From NCBI RefSeq assembly GCF_009834535.1, contig NC_045697.1:99388001-99452000 (forward strand): a stretch of DNA of 64,000 nt. The letters run 5' to 3'. This document shows positions 13,278 through 25,119 of the stretch, piece after piece. The notes beneath the pieces were generated by a model, which saw only the letters and a list, made by a program, of their open reading frames with translations, was not told the origin of the DNA and made no database searches. The stretch's first letter is position 1. The number at the start of each line of letters is the position of its first letter. The stretch is from Camelus ferus. Its lineage: Eukaryota. A program made the position numbers and the translations under genes.

Positions 13278-13472
13278 CCGTGGCTTTCACCTGGAGGCGA
13301 TTTTGCCCCCAAGCCACAACTGGCAACGTGTAGAGACATGTTAGTTGTGGGAGGGGGCAGCTGCTGGCATCTAGTAGATAAGAGTCCAGGGAGGCTGCTA
13401 AACAACAACAATGCCCACAACAAAAAATTATCTGACCCAGAATGTCAGTAGTGCTGAGGGTGAGAAGTCCTG
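13278..13472. mobile_element. MER20 hAT MITE
   Basis: It carries ggcgattttgccccc...ctgctggcatctagtag...aaaaattatctgacccagaatgtcagtagtgctgagg. The 8-bp flanks gcctcaat / ccctaaat resemble a target-site duplication. Confidence 0.85.
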
Positions 13473-15984
13473 CCCTAAATCGTCTCTGATAGAGGTCACA
13501 GAATTATGATGAAGTGATAACATTTTTAGTCTTAGTGTGTCCTTCAAATAAGACCAAGTAGAAAAGTCAAAACCTGCAACTCGCATTGTTTAAAAATGCA
13601 GTCAGATTCTGCTCTGGAACATTTTGTCCCTCTTGGTAATCCTAATTAGGAACACTTAGATAAACTCTCCAGATAAGCATTAAAAGGATATGCTATTTTC
13701 TCTTCTGTTCTTAACCAGAAATTCAGGGAAATTTGTCATCACAGAATCTGGAAACCGCCAAAACTGAAAAGGCCCTTGGAGGTTATCAGGCTAATCCTCT
13801 CCTCTGACCAAGGGGGTGGGAGGTGCAGTGGGGAGTGATGCCCAGAGAGGTCGGGGGACTCGCTTGCCGGCCCACGTCTGCTTAGTTTTATAGCTGGGAC
13901 TAGAACTCACCCCATCCCCTAGGTCTGTGCTCCTTCTACTTGAATCAGAAGCAGATGTAAAAAGTGGAGCCCAAGGAGGTCACAAAGAAATCGCTGGACC
14001 TCTTGATTTCATCTTAAAAGGCAATAAGCTAAGAGGGAGACATAAGGTATGCCGGGCTCTCTATCCCTGGGAGTGGCGAGCCGCCCCAATACAGGAGGAT
14101 TCAGCACCAACTCTGGCTAAAGATTCCTCCTGGGGCCCAGCTAGCATCAGCCCCAGGACCTCTCGAGGGGGTCTGTTAATGGGAGGACAGAACAGACCCA
14201 ACAGGTGGCAAGGGCAGTGTCTTGAGGGCACCTCCCTCTAAAGGGAAAGTCCTACCAAAACATGAAGATCTGGAAACACTGTAAAAACAAGTGGCCTGGG
14301 GGTGGCCTCTCTGCTATTTCTCCTCTTGCTTAAGGGGCAGTTGCACCCTTACCACACCCTCCAGATGCTTCCCATGACTTCCCATCCCAGCCACATCCTA
14401 AGACGGGAGAGAACACACAAGTGCACCATGCATCTGCGACATCCTGTCTCTCTGAGGTCTCTAACCTAGGCCCTGGTGGCTTGTCAGAGAACCTGGGGTT
14501 TCTTCCTGCCTCTCCGCTCACCATCTGCTCTGGGTGGCTCCTTTGCCCCACCCCCAGCCCCCACGGATGACATCCCTCCCGCAGACCTTGCCGGTCAGCC
14601 TGCCCCTTTCCAGCTGCCACCACCTGGCCTTTCCCCGCAGAACCGGCTGTAGAACAGGAAGGAGATTTGTCACTTCTCCATCTCCAGATGGCACTGAAAC
14701 GAGTACCTGTTCCCCTTTCACTTTCAAAGGGCTTTCTGACTAGTTACTTTTAGAGAAACCGACAGGAACAAAAGCAGCAACCTTCCTGTGGGGTATCAGT
14801 AAATCGTGTCAGCCACTGCTTATTAGGCATCTCGCATGTGTCTGGCTCTGAGTTGGCTGTTGTCCGTACATTATCTCCAAACCTTTCAACAACTGGGTGA
14901 GGTAGGTATTTTTACTTTCATTTTAAAAGGTGAAGGAACCAAGGATTAGAATGATTGAAGATCACAGAGCCAGTAAATAAAAATTTAAATCATTTTAGTC
15001 TAAGTTGCCTTTTGCTGCCACATGATGTCAACGAGTCTAGATGTGTCTGGCTCACAGCTCCCTCCGTAAATCTCTCTCATTGTGTTCACTTAAACCTGCC
15101 TTCTGACATTCTGTGCCTAGAGGCTGAGCTCATCAGTCCTGCCCCTGTGGAGACCAACCATCTCTGCCCCCTTCTGCCGGCACCCTTCCCCACTGCCCAC
15201 TATGGTGTTCTCCACCTGCCCTCTCAGCTCTATCCAGGGCCCAGCCACCAACAGCTGGACAGTCCACTGTTAATTAGCACATAATGTCTAGAGCAACCAC
15301 CATTAGCACATAGAGTCTGGGACTATCCTACTGTCCCGTGCAGGGTCCGGGTGCACATGGACCGAGTCTCAGGGCCTGGCTGAGCACTAAGCTGTGGTTT
15401 CCCTGGACCATCCTGCTGTCTGCTTGGCAGGCCGGCCACAGAGCTTCTGGAATATGGTACCCCATCCATTCAGTTTCATGCAGAGTCTGAGCCCAGCCCA
15501 GGACCCAGCTAACTATCTGGAGGCCCAGTTCCTACCAGTCTTTCTACCCTAGCACAGGAGCCTCATCCTGAAGGACCTCTTTGGTTTTCAACATCTCTAT
15601 ACACGGGTAACAAAGACTGTTGTTCCCCCTCAACATCAGAGGCCCCCCTCCTTCCTGCTCCCTTTGGTACTCCCTCTTTCCTGCCCACACACACACCCCT
15701 CCCTTGGCTATTACCACTGCCTTATTTTAACTTGATGTTGTCCCTGTCTCTGAGGCTTGGTGAGGACTTCTGGCCAAGTCAGCATCCCCTGCCTTCCATT
15801 CCTGGTTCAGACTCCAGCTGCTTCTCTGACAGGAGAACATATCAACAATCAGAACACCTTGGGCCACAGGGTTTACAGTCTGCCCTCTAGATCCCAGTAA
15901 CTTAGAAAGATGTACAGAGGCGTTTTAGTCTAATAACAGAAATGAATAAGCAGTCCAAATCAAGAGTTCCCCTTCTCTGGGGGG

Positions 15985-16320
15985 ATTCATTATCCATTCA
16001 ACAAATAATTACAGAGTGTCTACCATGTGGTCAGCACTGGTCCTGGTGTTTGGTGCTGAGGATTCACTTGTGAAAGAGACAGAGGAGGTTCCTCCTCTCA
16101 AGGAACTCATATTCACCTGCAGGAAGATAGGCAATAAGTGAATGAACAAATGAGAGAAATAACTGTTGATGGTTAGCTCCATGCAGAGAAGGAAAATCAG
16201 GTAATGTGAGAAAGAATGACAGGGGCAGAGAAGGCTCTTCTGTGGGTGACTCTGAGCTAAGATCTGAATGACAAGAAGAAATCCAGGCAAAGGTCCTGAG
16301 TTGGGAATAGAAAGAATGCC
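15985..16320 (-). mobile_element. LINE-2 3' fragment
   Basis: cattcaacaaataattacagagtgtctaccatgtgg...gtgaaagagacag...ctcaaggaactcatattc is the reverse of the L2 3' end. Confidence 0.75.
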
Positions 16321-16361
16321 AGTGCTGTGTTTTTACAAAACAACCTTTTATTTTAGAACAG

Positions 16362-16744
16362 TGGGTGAGTTTGCTTGCGCTGCTCTAACAAAATACCACA
16401 ACCTGGATGTCTTCAGCAGCAGAGATGCATCTTCTCACAGTTCTAGAGGCTGGAGGTCCAAGATCAAGGTGCTGCAGATGGGTTCTTCTGAAGCCTCGCT
16501 CCTTCGGCTCGCAGCCAGCCACTCTCCTGCTGTTTCTCCACACCGTCCTCTCTTGTGCACGTGCACCCCAGTGTCTCTTTTCTTAGAAAGTCGCCAGTCA
16601 TATTGGATTAGGGTCCAACCCTAATGGCCTCATTTTAACTCGATCCTGACCTTATCTCCAAATATGGTTATATTCTGAGGTACTGGGGATTGGGACTTCA
16701 ACACATGAATATGGTGGGGGTGGCATATAATTTAGTCCATAACA
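16362..16744 (-). mobile_element. MaLR solo LTR (MLT1A/B-like)
   Basis: Motifs include taacaaaataccaca, tctcacagttctagaggctggaggtccaagatcaaggtg, ggattagggtccaaccctaatggcctcattttaact and the terminus ccataaca. Confidence 0.88.
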
Positions 16745-16817
16745 AAAGAGTTTTCAATTTACAGGAAAGTTGTACAGATAGTACAGAGAATTTCCAAATA
16801 TCCTGTCCTCCATTATT

Positions 16818-16944
16818 TGGGGAGGGGGTAGGAGGCAGAGGTAATTTAGTTTATTTATTTATTTTTAGAGGAGGCACTGAGGATTGAACCCAGCACCTTG
16901 TGCATGCTAGGGATGCCCTCTACCACTTGAGCTATACCCTCCCC
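16818..16944 (-). mobile_element. tRNA-derived SINE, camelid vic-1-like
   Basis: The reverse complement is GGGGAGGGTATAGCTCAAGTGGTAGAG...GGTTCAATCC (A and B boxes) with an AAATAAATAAACTAAATTACCTC tail. A degenerate target-site duplication (atcctgtcctccattatt / accccatcctctattatt) flanks it. Confidence 0.88.
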
Positions 16945-19900
16945 ACCCCATCCTCTATTATTAACGTGCTAGTATGATTCATTTGTCACAACTAATGAGC
17001 TAATACTGACCCATTATCACTAAAGTTCATACCTTATTCGATTTCCTTAGTTTTTTACCTAAAGTCACTTTTCTGTTCCAGGATCCCACCCAGGATAGCA
17101 CGTTACATTTAGTCATTGTGTCTCCTCAGGCTCCTCTTGGCTGTGAGAGTTTCTCAGACTTTCCTTGTTTTTGATAACCAGTTTGGAGAGAAGTGGTCAC
17201 AACTACTTGGGATTGGCCTGACGTTTCTCTCATGGCTACACTGGCATTATGAGTTTTCGGGAGGGAGTCCGCAGAGGTGAAGTGTCATTTTAATCACATC
17301 TCATCAAGGGTGCATGATATCAACACGACTTATCACTGCTGATGTGCACTTCGATCATCTGGTTGACGTAGTGTTTGCTAGATTTCCTCACTGTAAAGTC
17401 ACTCCTTTCCCCCTCTTTCTTCTTCAGGGGGAGGTCACTATGTGACTATGTGACCACACTTAGGGAGTGGGAAATTATGGTCCACTTCCTTGTCAGTGGA
17501 GTATTTACATAAATTATCTGGAATCTTCTGTGCAGGTGATATGTCTTTTTCCCCATTTACTTACTTATTTATAAAAGGATGGATATTTATTTTATACTCT
17601 GGGTTATAATCCAATGCTACTTTATTTATTTTGTTGCTCAGATTGTTCCAGCATTGGCCATTGGGAGATGGTTCAGTTGGCTCCTGTGTCCCTTTGGCAT
17701 ACCCCCATTGTTGTGGGGTTTTTTCAAAAACACTTCCTTACTTCTTGACATTACAAGATTTTCCAGGTTCATCCTCCGTATTTCCTGCTCCAGCCCTACA
17801 ATCATCCATTTCTTCAAGAAGCCCTGGTTCCTTTTACTGGAGAATGGCATTAGAAACCAAGATGTGGGCCCTCGATGTGTTCACTGTTCCTGGGGTGTCA
17901 TTTTGAGGCCCTCTCAACTGATAAAGCAAAGGAATACATGTGTGTATATAGCAACGTGTGTGTGGACACACATCTATAAATATTTCTACTTGTATCCAAA
18001 TGTGTCTATATTAAGCCAAACACAAGTCCATACCAATCTCCAACTCCATCTGTTATCTGGATCATTCCAGTTTTTTCTCCTTACTTTGCTATGACCCCCG
18101 ACTTCAACAGTGAGAAACTTGCCATCCATTTACTTGTTCAGTTTCACTATACATTATAGCTGTTTCAGAATTCTTAATCCGTACCTTCTGTAGCAAAAAC
18201 AACTATCAATTAGAGTACAGTGCTTTTGCATTTAGTCTTGCAGTCTTCACTCACTTCTAAAGCTACTTAGGTCAGCACCTTTACTCCCCACTCCCTTCAG
18301 TGAAGTTATTTCATATATTTGAAATGGTTAAGATTCTTTTGTCACAATCTGCATTCTATCCTGGGAGCCTCTGACTCCATATATACATATATATTTTTAA
18401 AAATCTGTATACAATAAGTTTCACTCTCTGCTGTAAAGTGCAATAGGTTTTGACAAATGCAGTGCCATGTACTCATCATCATAGTATCAGAGAATAGTCT
18501 ACCGTCCTAAAAACATCCCCTGTGCTTCACCTATTCAATCCTCTCCTCCCCTCAAATACCTGGCAACCACTACTCTGTTTATCACTATAGTTTTCCTTTT
18601 TACAGAATGTCCTAAAAGTAGACTCATACAATCTGTAGCCTTTTCAGATCATTGAACACCCTCTATAGAGAGGTGACGGTTAACAGTGTTCACCGTTGCT
18701 GAGTGGTAAATAAGTACAGAAGAGTCACAGGTATTAGCACATCACCAGCTTGATCTAGAAGTTTCCAGCTATAGAGCTGAAATTACCGATTGCTGTTTTA
18801 GTTCTCAATGTCAGTGACTCAAGAGTGAGAGGAGGACTGTATCACCAGACTGGAGAAGGGACCTCTTACCACGGAGCAGAGCTCTGGAGAAGGAAAGATT
18901 AAATCTCAAAGATCCTCAAATTACAAAGTATATCACACATTGGATAATAAGCAGCAGTATGAGCCAATACTTTGCAATAATTTAAGTCTCATAGCACACA
19001 AGAAAATGTCAGTGTTTTAGATGTGTTTATTTATTTGCTCTAAACGGAATTGTGATCAACAGTGAAACATGCCTGTCTAACTTGGGAATCACTTGAACCA
19101 GCTGTCCATGTCATTTGGCTAAGAGGCCCCAAATGAGGAACGAATATACACAAGGATTAAGATGTGCTGTCTAGAAATGACCACGTATAGATAGGGGTCC
19201 AGAAACCCTCATCCAGGAGCACAGCACACATGGACATATTTGCTCTCATTTGTAGGGAATCAGGTAGCATTCCACTGTGTGCTACAGATACCAAGGAGAG
19301 TTGGAAAAAACAAACCAAAAACACACCAAAAGAAGCAACAAAGATCTCCACTGAGATCCTTACAACAATTTCTTTCCATAAATTTTAGCATAGAAGCTCT
19401 TGAAGAGTGGCTATGGAAGTAGACTGGATCTCTCTGCTGACTTTAAGGCGACACCTCCTTATGCCCTTCCCATCTCATTCCTGCTGGCTTCCCAAGTTCA
19501 CTGGCAGACCTAGTGGCATCTATCACGTTGTTTCTTCCAGCTCGACCAAAAGCAGTCTCAGGATGAGCAGAGGTGCTGTCATTCCAGGGCTCTCTCTTTT
19601 TTTTTTTCAGACTGATGAATATAAACTGTGCTTTTTCTGTTTTTGGTCACAGACAGTATTATCACTTGTCATCAGAGTGTTATCACATGGAATGGTCATT
19701 TCTTTACTCTTCTCCCAGCTGACCTACTTCTCCTCCTCCATCCTCCTATTGTCTCCTTGGCTTGAGTATCAAAGTTCCGTAGTATACATCAGGGACAGGC
19801 ATATTTGCTAAGATCCCAAGGATAAAGCAATTTGGAAGGAAGCTGAGAAAACGGTGTAGCCACTGTATTTTCTACTTTTTTTATAACTACTTTTAGTCAT

Positions 19901-20644
19901 TATCACTGGATTAAACACATGCACAAGCACACATGCACAAAACTGATTAGCTTCTGGTTGTTATTCATTATTCTCCCACTTCTTGTTTCTAAAAAATCTG
20001 CATTACAAACAACCCTCCAGGATCTTATTCCAATCAACCTATCTCCAGTCGTACAATTAATATTCCTATTACAATTGCTATGCCATTCGACCTTTCTTTT
20101 TCTTTTTTAAAGCAACAAAACCAGGGCCAATGAATCACAAATCCCCTCGAAGAGGAGGCCAAAGAGGTTAACCAGAGAGTGAACTTGACACTGCAGAGCA
20201 AGAACCTCCCCTGTGTTTCCCTGTTCACCAAAGCTAGTGGTTTTGGTTAACACAGGAAACACAGTAAATACACAGTAAATTGTACACACAAAGCAGCCAT
20301 CAGCAATTTGCCTGGTGGGGTCGGATAGCATGTGGCTGATAGGTCTCAGGAGATGAGGAACAAACAGCCATGATGGATTAAGTGATTGCTATTGGCTGTG
20401 TGCTTGCCCTGAATATTTCACCGCGGACGGTAATCAATTACTAGGGACCAGTAATGACACCAATCAAACGCACTTAGCACTTCTGCACTAGCAACCCGAG
20501 GGTTACCAACCTGCCAGTTTGAAAAGGCTTAAGGCTGTGTGAGAAGTGATATGTGAGGTAGCCACTGCAAAGCCCTTAGATTGGGGGAAAGCAGGCTTCT
20601 TTCCCTTCATAGGAAAAAGATAAATAGATAAATTAGCCACTCAC

Positions 20645-20791
20645 CTGCCCTACATTAAGGTTTCTTTTTCAAACAAGCACTATTCTCTCTTTCCCTGTCT
20701 TTCTCTCTCTCTCTCTCTCTCTCTTCCTCTCTCCCTCCCTCCCTCCCTCCCTCCCTCTCTCTCTCTCTCTCTCCCTCCCTCCCTCCCTCTC

Positions 20792-20833
<42 letters not shown>

Positions 20834-20862
20834 CCTCCCAAGGGGATGACCGTTTATAAATA
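20645..20862 (-). promoter_or_regulatory. Candidate TATA promoter and non-coding first exon with a GA-rich leader
   Basis: Minus-strand TATTTATAAA (20862-20853) is followed by a (GA)/(GGGA) tract and then a perfect CAG|GTGAGT donor (exon end 20645). The flanks (~19.9-21.4 kb) contain no recognisable transposon. Confidence 0.5.
20698..20839. repeat. Compound (CT)n/(CCCT)n polypyrimidine tract
   Basis: 142 nt of pyrimidines with a single A at 20794. Confidence 0.95.
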
Positions 20863-21639
20863 TTTGGGCATAATTTGAAGTATCCTGGTCAGCAGTTTCA
20901 TGTGAGCAAAACAGCCTCGAGGAAAATGACTGAACAGAAGCTGTGGTAAAGCAGGAAAAACAGCCAACCTATGGCTTCGGAAGCCTGCCAGTCACCATAG
21001 AGCTCTGTTGCTATGATGTCACTCCCTGCTTGTTTGTTCTGTGGTGGGAACGCCGGGCGTTGCCCCATGTGTCCAGACGGCACCTTCTGTTCTCCATGTT
21101 GTCCGTGAGAAGCTGAGAAAGAAATCAGCCTCTCCAGGTTCCCAGCATGTCAGTTCCATCTCTTCTTGGGTTGGGCATCTCTTTTCCTCCCTTCATGGTC
21201 ATCTTCATCTACAATATGTGAGTTCTCAGGAAGAAACTCAGATTTGTAAGTTTATAGAATCCCTTCCAACCCTCACCCAGCTTCTGGTGCCCTCTCTTCT
21301 GTTGCCTTTTTTTTTCAGTGCTGGTCTTCTGTGACATAATGGGGCTGAACCGCAAAGACACTCTGATGGATCTTTCGGCTTGACAATAATGGTAACTAAT
21401 CAAAAGCGGGAGGGAGCCTCAGAGGAGCTGTCCCACACTTAATTCTTAAGGTTTATTTTTGCTGTGTTTTAACAGTTTTTCCAGACAAGTATAAATTCCC
21501 TTTTCATGAGTTGGAGAGAACAGCAAAGTCTAAGTCCATTAAAAGCCTCCATTAAACTGCTGTTTACAAATCACTTCAGTTCTTTAGCTGTCCTGGCTTA
21601 AACTTACACAAAACAAGGACAGGAAGGGGCAAGAGAGAG

Positions 21640-21775
21640 AATTTTAGGGTGGTGGAAATTGTCTGCTATCTTGGGTCAGGTGGGGGTTACACGAGTGTAT
21701 ACATTTGTCAGAGATCAAACTGTACCCTTCAAATTGGTACACTGGTTGCCTGTAAATTTTATCTCAATAAAAGTG
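21640..21775 (+). mobile_element. L1ME-like 3' terminal fragment
   Basis: It carries ttttagggtggtggaaat...gtgtatacatttgtca...tgtaaattttatctcaataaaa. Confidence 0.65.
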
Positions 21776-22887
21776 AGTTAACTCCTGACTGACAACTCCC
21801 AACAAACGAGCTAGATCCTCGGATGGGGAAGTGAGATGAACATGTCCTTATCTTATCCTCTATTAAACAGGGGTGATCATTTTCAAATACCACACATTCC
21901 TTGGAGAATCACCAGGCTCTGCTCTGCTCTCGGAGGAGCAATGCAGACTCTAAGGGTGTGCTCGCTGTTTGAACCTGTTCCTTCTCCTGCTGCCTCTCAG
22001 AGGCAGCTGCTGGGTACACATTTACTAAGCTGCAAGTCGCCTCCATTGGCAGAACTGCCTCTTCCCTGGGATTTATGAACTCTGTCCATCCAAGAGCGCA
22101 ATCCAGAGGAGGGCTCTGGAAGGGAGAGAAGACAATCCTAGCCAAGGATGCAAATCTCTCAGGACCACCAAAGACGTTGCCTTCCAACAAAAGAATGTTC
22201 GGAATGGACTCACTAATGTTTCATTACCAAGAGTGTTCCTAATAGTATGTGCTACCTTAGCTATGCCACAAGGGCACTCTGAGAATTAATGAAATAATGA
22301 GCCCCTGGTGCACTTTCCCAGAGAGAACGCCAGGCAAATCAGAACCATCAGCCTCCCCTGAGTGGACATTTAAGGACAAAATACTTCAGTGGCTTTAGCT
22401 GCCTTCTCCCTGTTCTTTGTCCCTATTTTGGTAACTCTATTATGCAAACCTGGACAGAGATTTTGTGGAACTTGTCACTGAATGTGTATAACTTTTCAGC
22501 TGAACTTTCTCCAGTTCAGGATTTTATTATGTGTATGTGAGTCACAGAGCCCACAGGACTCACCATGAAACCCAGAAATTCCACCTACTTCCTGTCCCAC
22601 CAGCCTCACCAAGTGATTTGTGTTAAGCTTCCTCCTGCTAAAAAGGATACATACTCTGGTTGTCTTTCTACCCTGGTGCTTTGGTCACGCTGCTCTTTTT
22701 CTCTGAAAGCCAATGGCCGAGGCCTTTAGAGGGCTGGGTAATAGCAGGGAATACGTAAACACATTAATGCTAGAACTGTGAACCTGGTATTTTAATAATT
22801 TTGTTTATCTCGCTCCTGCATGTAGCATCACTGCTCCCTACACACACACACACACACACACAAAGTATTTACTTCAAGAATAATTTA

Positions 22888-24460
22888 ACTACTCAAAGCA
22901 ATCTCCACACATTCAAAACAATCTCTATCAAAATTCCAATGGCATTCTTTAGCAATATAGGAAAAACAATCCTAAAATTCCTATGGAACCACAACAAACC
23001 CTGAATAGCCATATCAATCTTGAGAAAGAAGAACAAAACTGGAGTTATCATACTTTCTCACTTCAAAATACATTACAAAGCTACAGTAAGCAAAACAATA
23101 CAGTACTGGCATAAAGACAGACATGGGACCAATGGAATAGAGAGCCTAGAAATAAATTCATGCATATGGGGTCAACACCTGCTATTTAACAAGGGTGCCA
23201 AAAATATGCAATGGGGAAGGGATAGTCTTATCAACAAATGGTGTTGAGAAAATTGGATATCCATGTGCAAAAAGGTGAAATTGTTCCTTTGTCTTATACC
23301 ACTCAAAAATCAATTCAAAATAGACTGAAGACCTAAAGACCTGGAACTATAAAACTCCTATAAAAAGACACAGGGGAAAATTTTTCATGATATTGGTCTT
23401 GGTAATGATGTCACGGATCTGACACCAACAGCAAACATAGACAAGTGGGACTACACAAAACTAAAAAGCTTCTGCACAGAAAAGGAAACAATAAACAGAG
23501 TGAAAAAGGCAAACTACAGAATATAAGAAAATATCTGCAAACCATATATCTGATAAGCAGTCAATTTCCAAAACATATAAGGAACTCCTACAACTCAACA
23601 GCAAAACTACTCATAACCTGATTAAAAAATGGGCTAAACACCTGAATAGACATTTCTCCACAGAAAACATACAAATAGCCAACAGATTCATGAAAAGATG
23701 TGAAGTGTCACTAATCATCTGGACAACATAAACCCCAAACACAGTGAGATATCACCTGACACCTGTCAGGATGGCTCTTACCAAAAAACAAAAGACAACA
23801 AGTGTTGGCAATGATGTGGAAAAATTAGAACCTTTGCTCACTATTAGTGGGATTCAAAATGGTGCAGCTGCTATGGAAAACAGTATGCAAGTTCCTCAAA
23901 AAATAAAAAAATACAACCACCACGTGATCAGCAGTCCCACTTTTAGACATTTATCCAAAAGAACTGAAATCAGGATCTTGGAGAGATACTAGCACTCTCA
24001 TGTTCGTCGCAGCACTATTCACAACAGCCCAGATGTGGAAACAACCTAAAGGCCCATCAGTGGATAAATGTATAAAGGAAATGGTATACACATAAAATGG
24101 AATACCATTCTGTCTTTAAAAAGGAAGAAATTATGTAACATGTGACCATATGGATGAACACTGAGGACCTTATGCTAAGTGAAATAAGCCAGTCATAGAA
24201 GGACAAATATTTCATGATTCCATTTATATGAGGTACCTAAAATAGTCAACTTTACATAATAAAGAGTGGAATGGTGGTTGTTAGGAACCGAGGGTGGGGA
24301 GGATATGGGGAGTTACTAATCAACAAGTTTCAGTTAAACAAGACAAATAAATTCTACAGGTCTGCTATAAAACACTGCACTTACGGTTAATAATACGTAT
24401 TATACACTTAAAATTGTGTTAAGGGAATAGAACTCAAGTGTTCTCACCACAATAAAATGA
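22888..24460 (+). mobile_element. 5'-truncated LINE-1 (ORF2 C-terminus plus 3' UTR, L1MA-like)
   Basis: Frameshifted ORF2 peptides include IPMAFF...ILKFLWNH, YKATVSKTIQYWHKDR, NKWC and MRYHLTPVRMA. It ends with GTGTTCTCACCACAATAAAA. Confidence 0.92.
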
Positions 24461-24477
24461 AAATTTTTAGAAAGTCA

Positions 24478-24675
24478 TGATTGTGGTTCCTTTCATTTGG
24501 AGTGTAGTAAGTACTGCAAGAGGGTGTAAGTAGAGCTTTTGGGTTTCTGGTAACATTCTATTTCTTGGTCTTGGTGCTGGTGACAACGATGTGTTCATTT
24601 TGCGAAAATTCATCAAGTTATAACTTAAGATCTGTGCACTTTTCTGTATGTATATTTCAATGAAAAGTTAAAAAA
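24478..24675 (+). mobile_element. Old L1 (L1MC/ME-like) 3' end fragment
   Basis: It carries the motif ggtaacattctatttcttggtcttggtg...aaaattcatcaagtt...gtgcacttttctgtatgtatatttcaat. Confidence 0.65.
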
Positions 24676-25119
24676 GAATACTTTAAATACTTTAAATATT
24701 AATTATTTTAAAGTAAATTGACAGGTAAAAGAAAAAATGAGGACTAAGAAAATCTACAGGATAGAATTAGATGTTAATTATTTTGCTCTAACATGAAGTA
24801 ATTTAAATTTTTTTTCACTTTTTCACACTTTTCAGAGTCTTAAAACTACTGACTACAGCTTCTAAAGTTATATGAGTAACTAACCCCACTCTACTCAGAA
24901 ATCTTAGTGTTTACCCACCTAGACAGACTTAAAAATCACATGTAATAAAATCTGGTCACTACCTTATTTCTAATGATTGTGAATCACAGGTGCTAAAAAG
25001 ATATGTGTATAGTAAGAATAATATTTACTAGCTTTAAGTAATAATATTAATATCAATCAACACATATTTACAACATTAATCTTGTCCTTGAAAATAATAT
25101 TAATGGAGGTTTAAAATGT

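Larger units (their letters stand above)
16330..18650 (-). mobile_element. Old L1 3' UTR (L1MC/MD-like), interrupted by an MLT1 LTR and a SINE
   Basis: The reverse of an L1 3' end (ttttagaacag...ttttcaatttacaggaaagttg) is split by the LTR. It continues to cctggcaaccactactctg...agaatgtc...gtagccttttcaga. Confidence 0.8.

Noticed and set aside
16818..16944. tRNA-like sequence (also at 28490-28563)
   Set aside because: It has a SINE tail, a TSD and degenerate stems, so it is a SINE rather than a tRNA gene.
17579..18094. 171-aa hydrophobic ORF
   Set aside because: It lies antisense within an old L1 3' UTR.
20240..20520. Possible miRNA cluster
   Set aside because: It matches no mature miRNA I know and has no ~60-nt hairpin, only short palindromes.
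22422..22431. Perfect CArG box CCTATTTTGG
   Set aside because: Several are expected by chance in this much sequence, and there is no supporting context.
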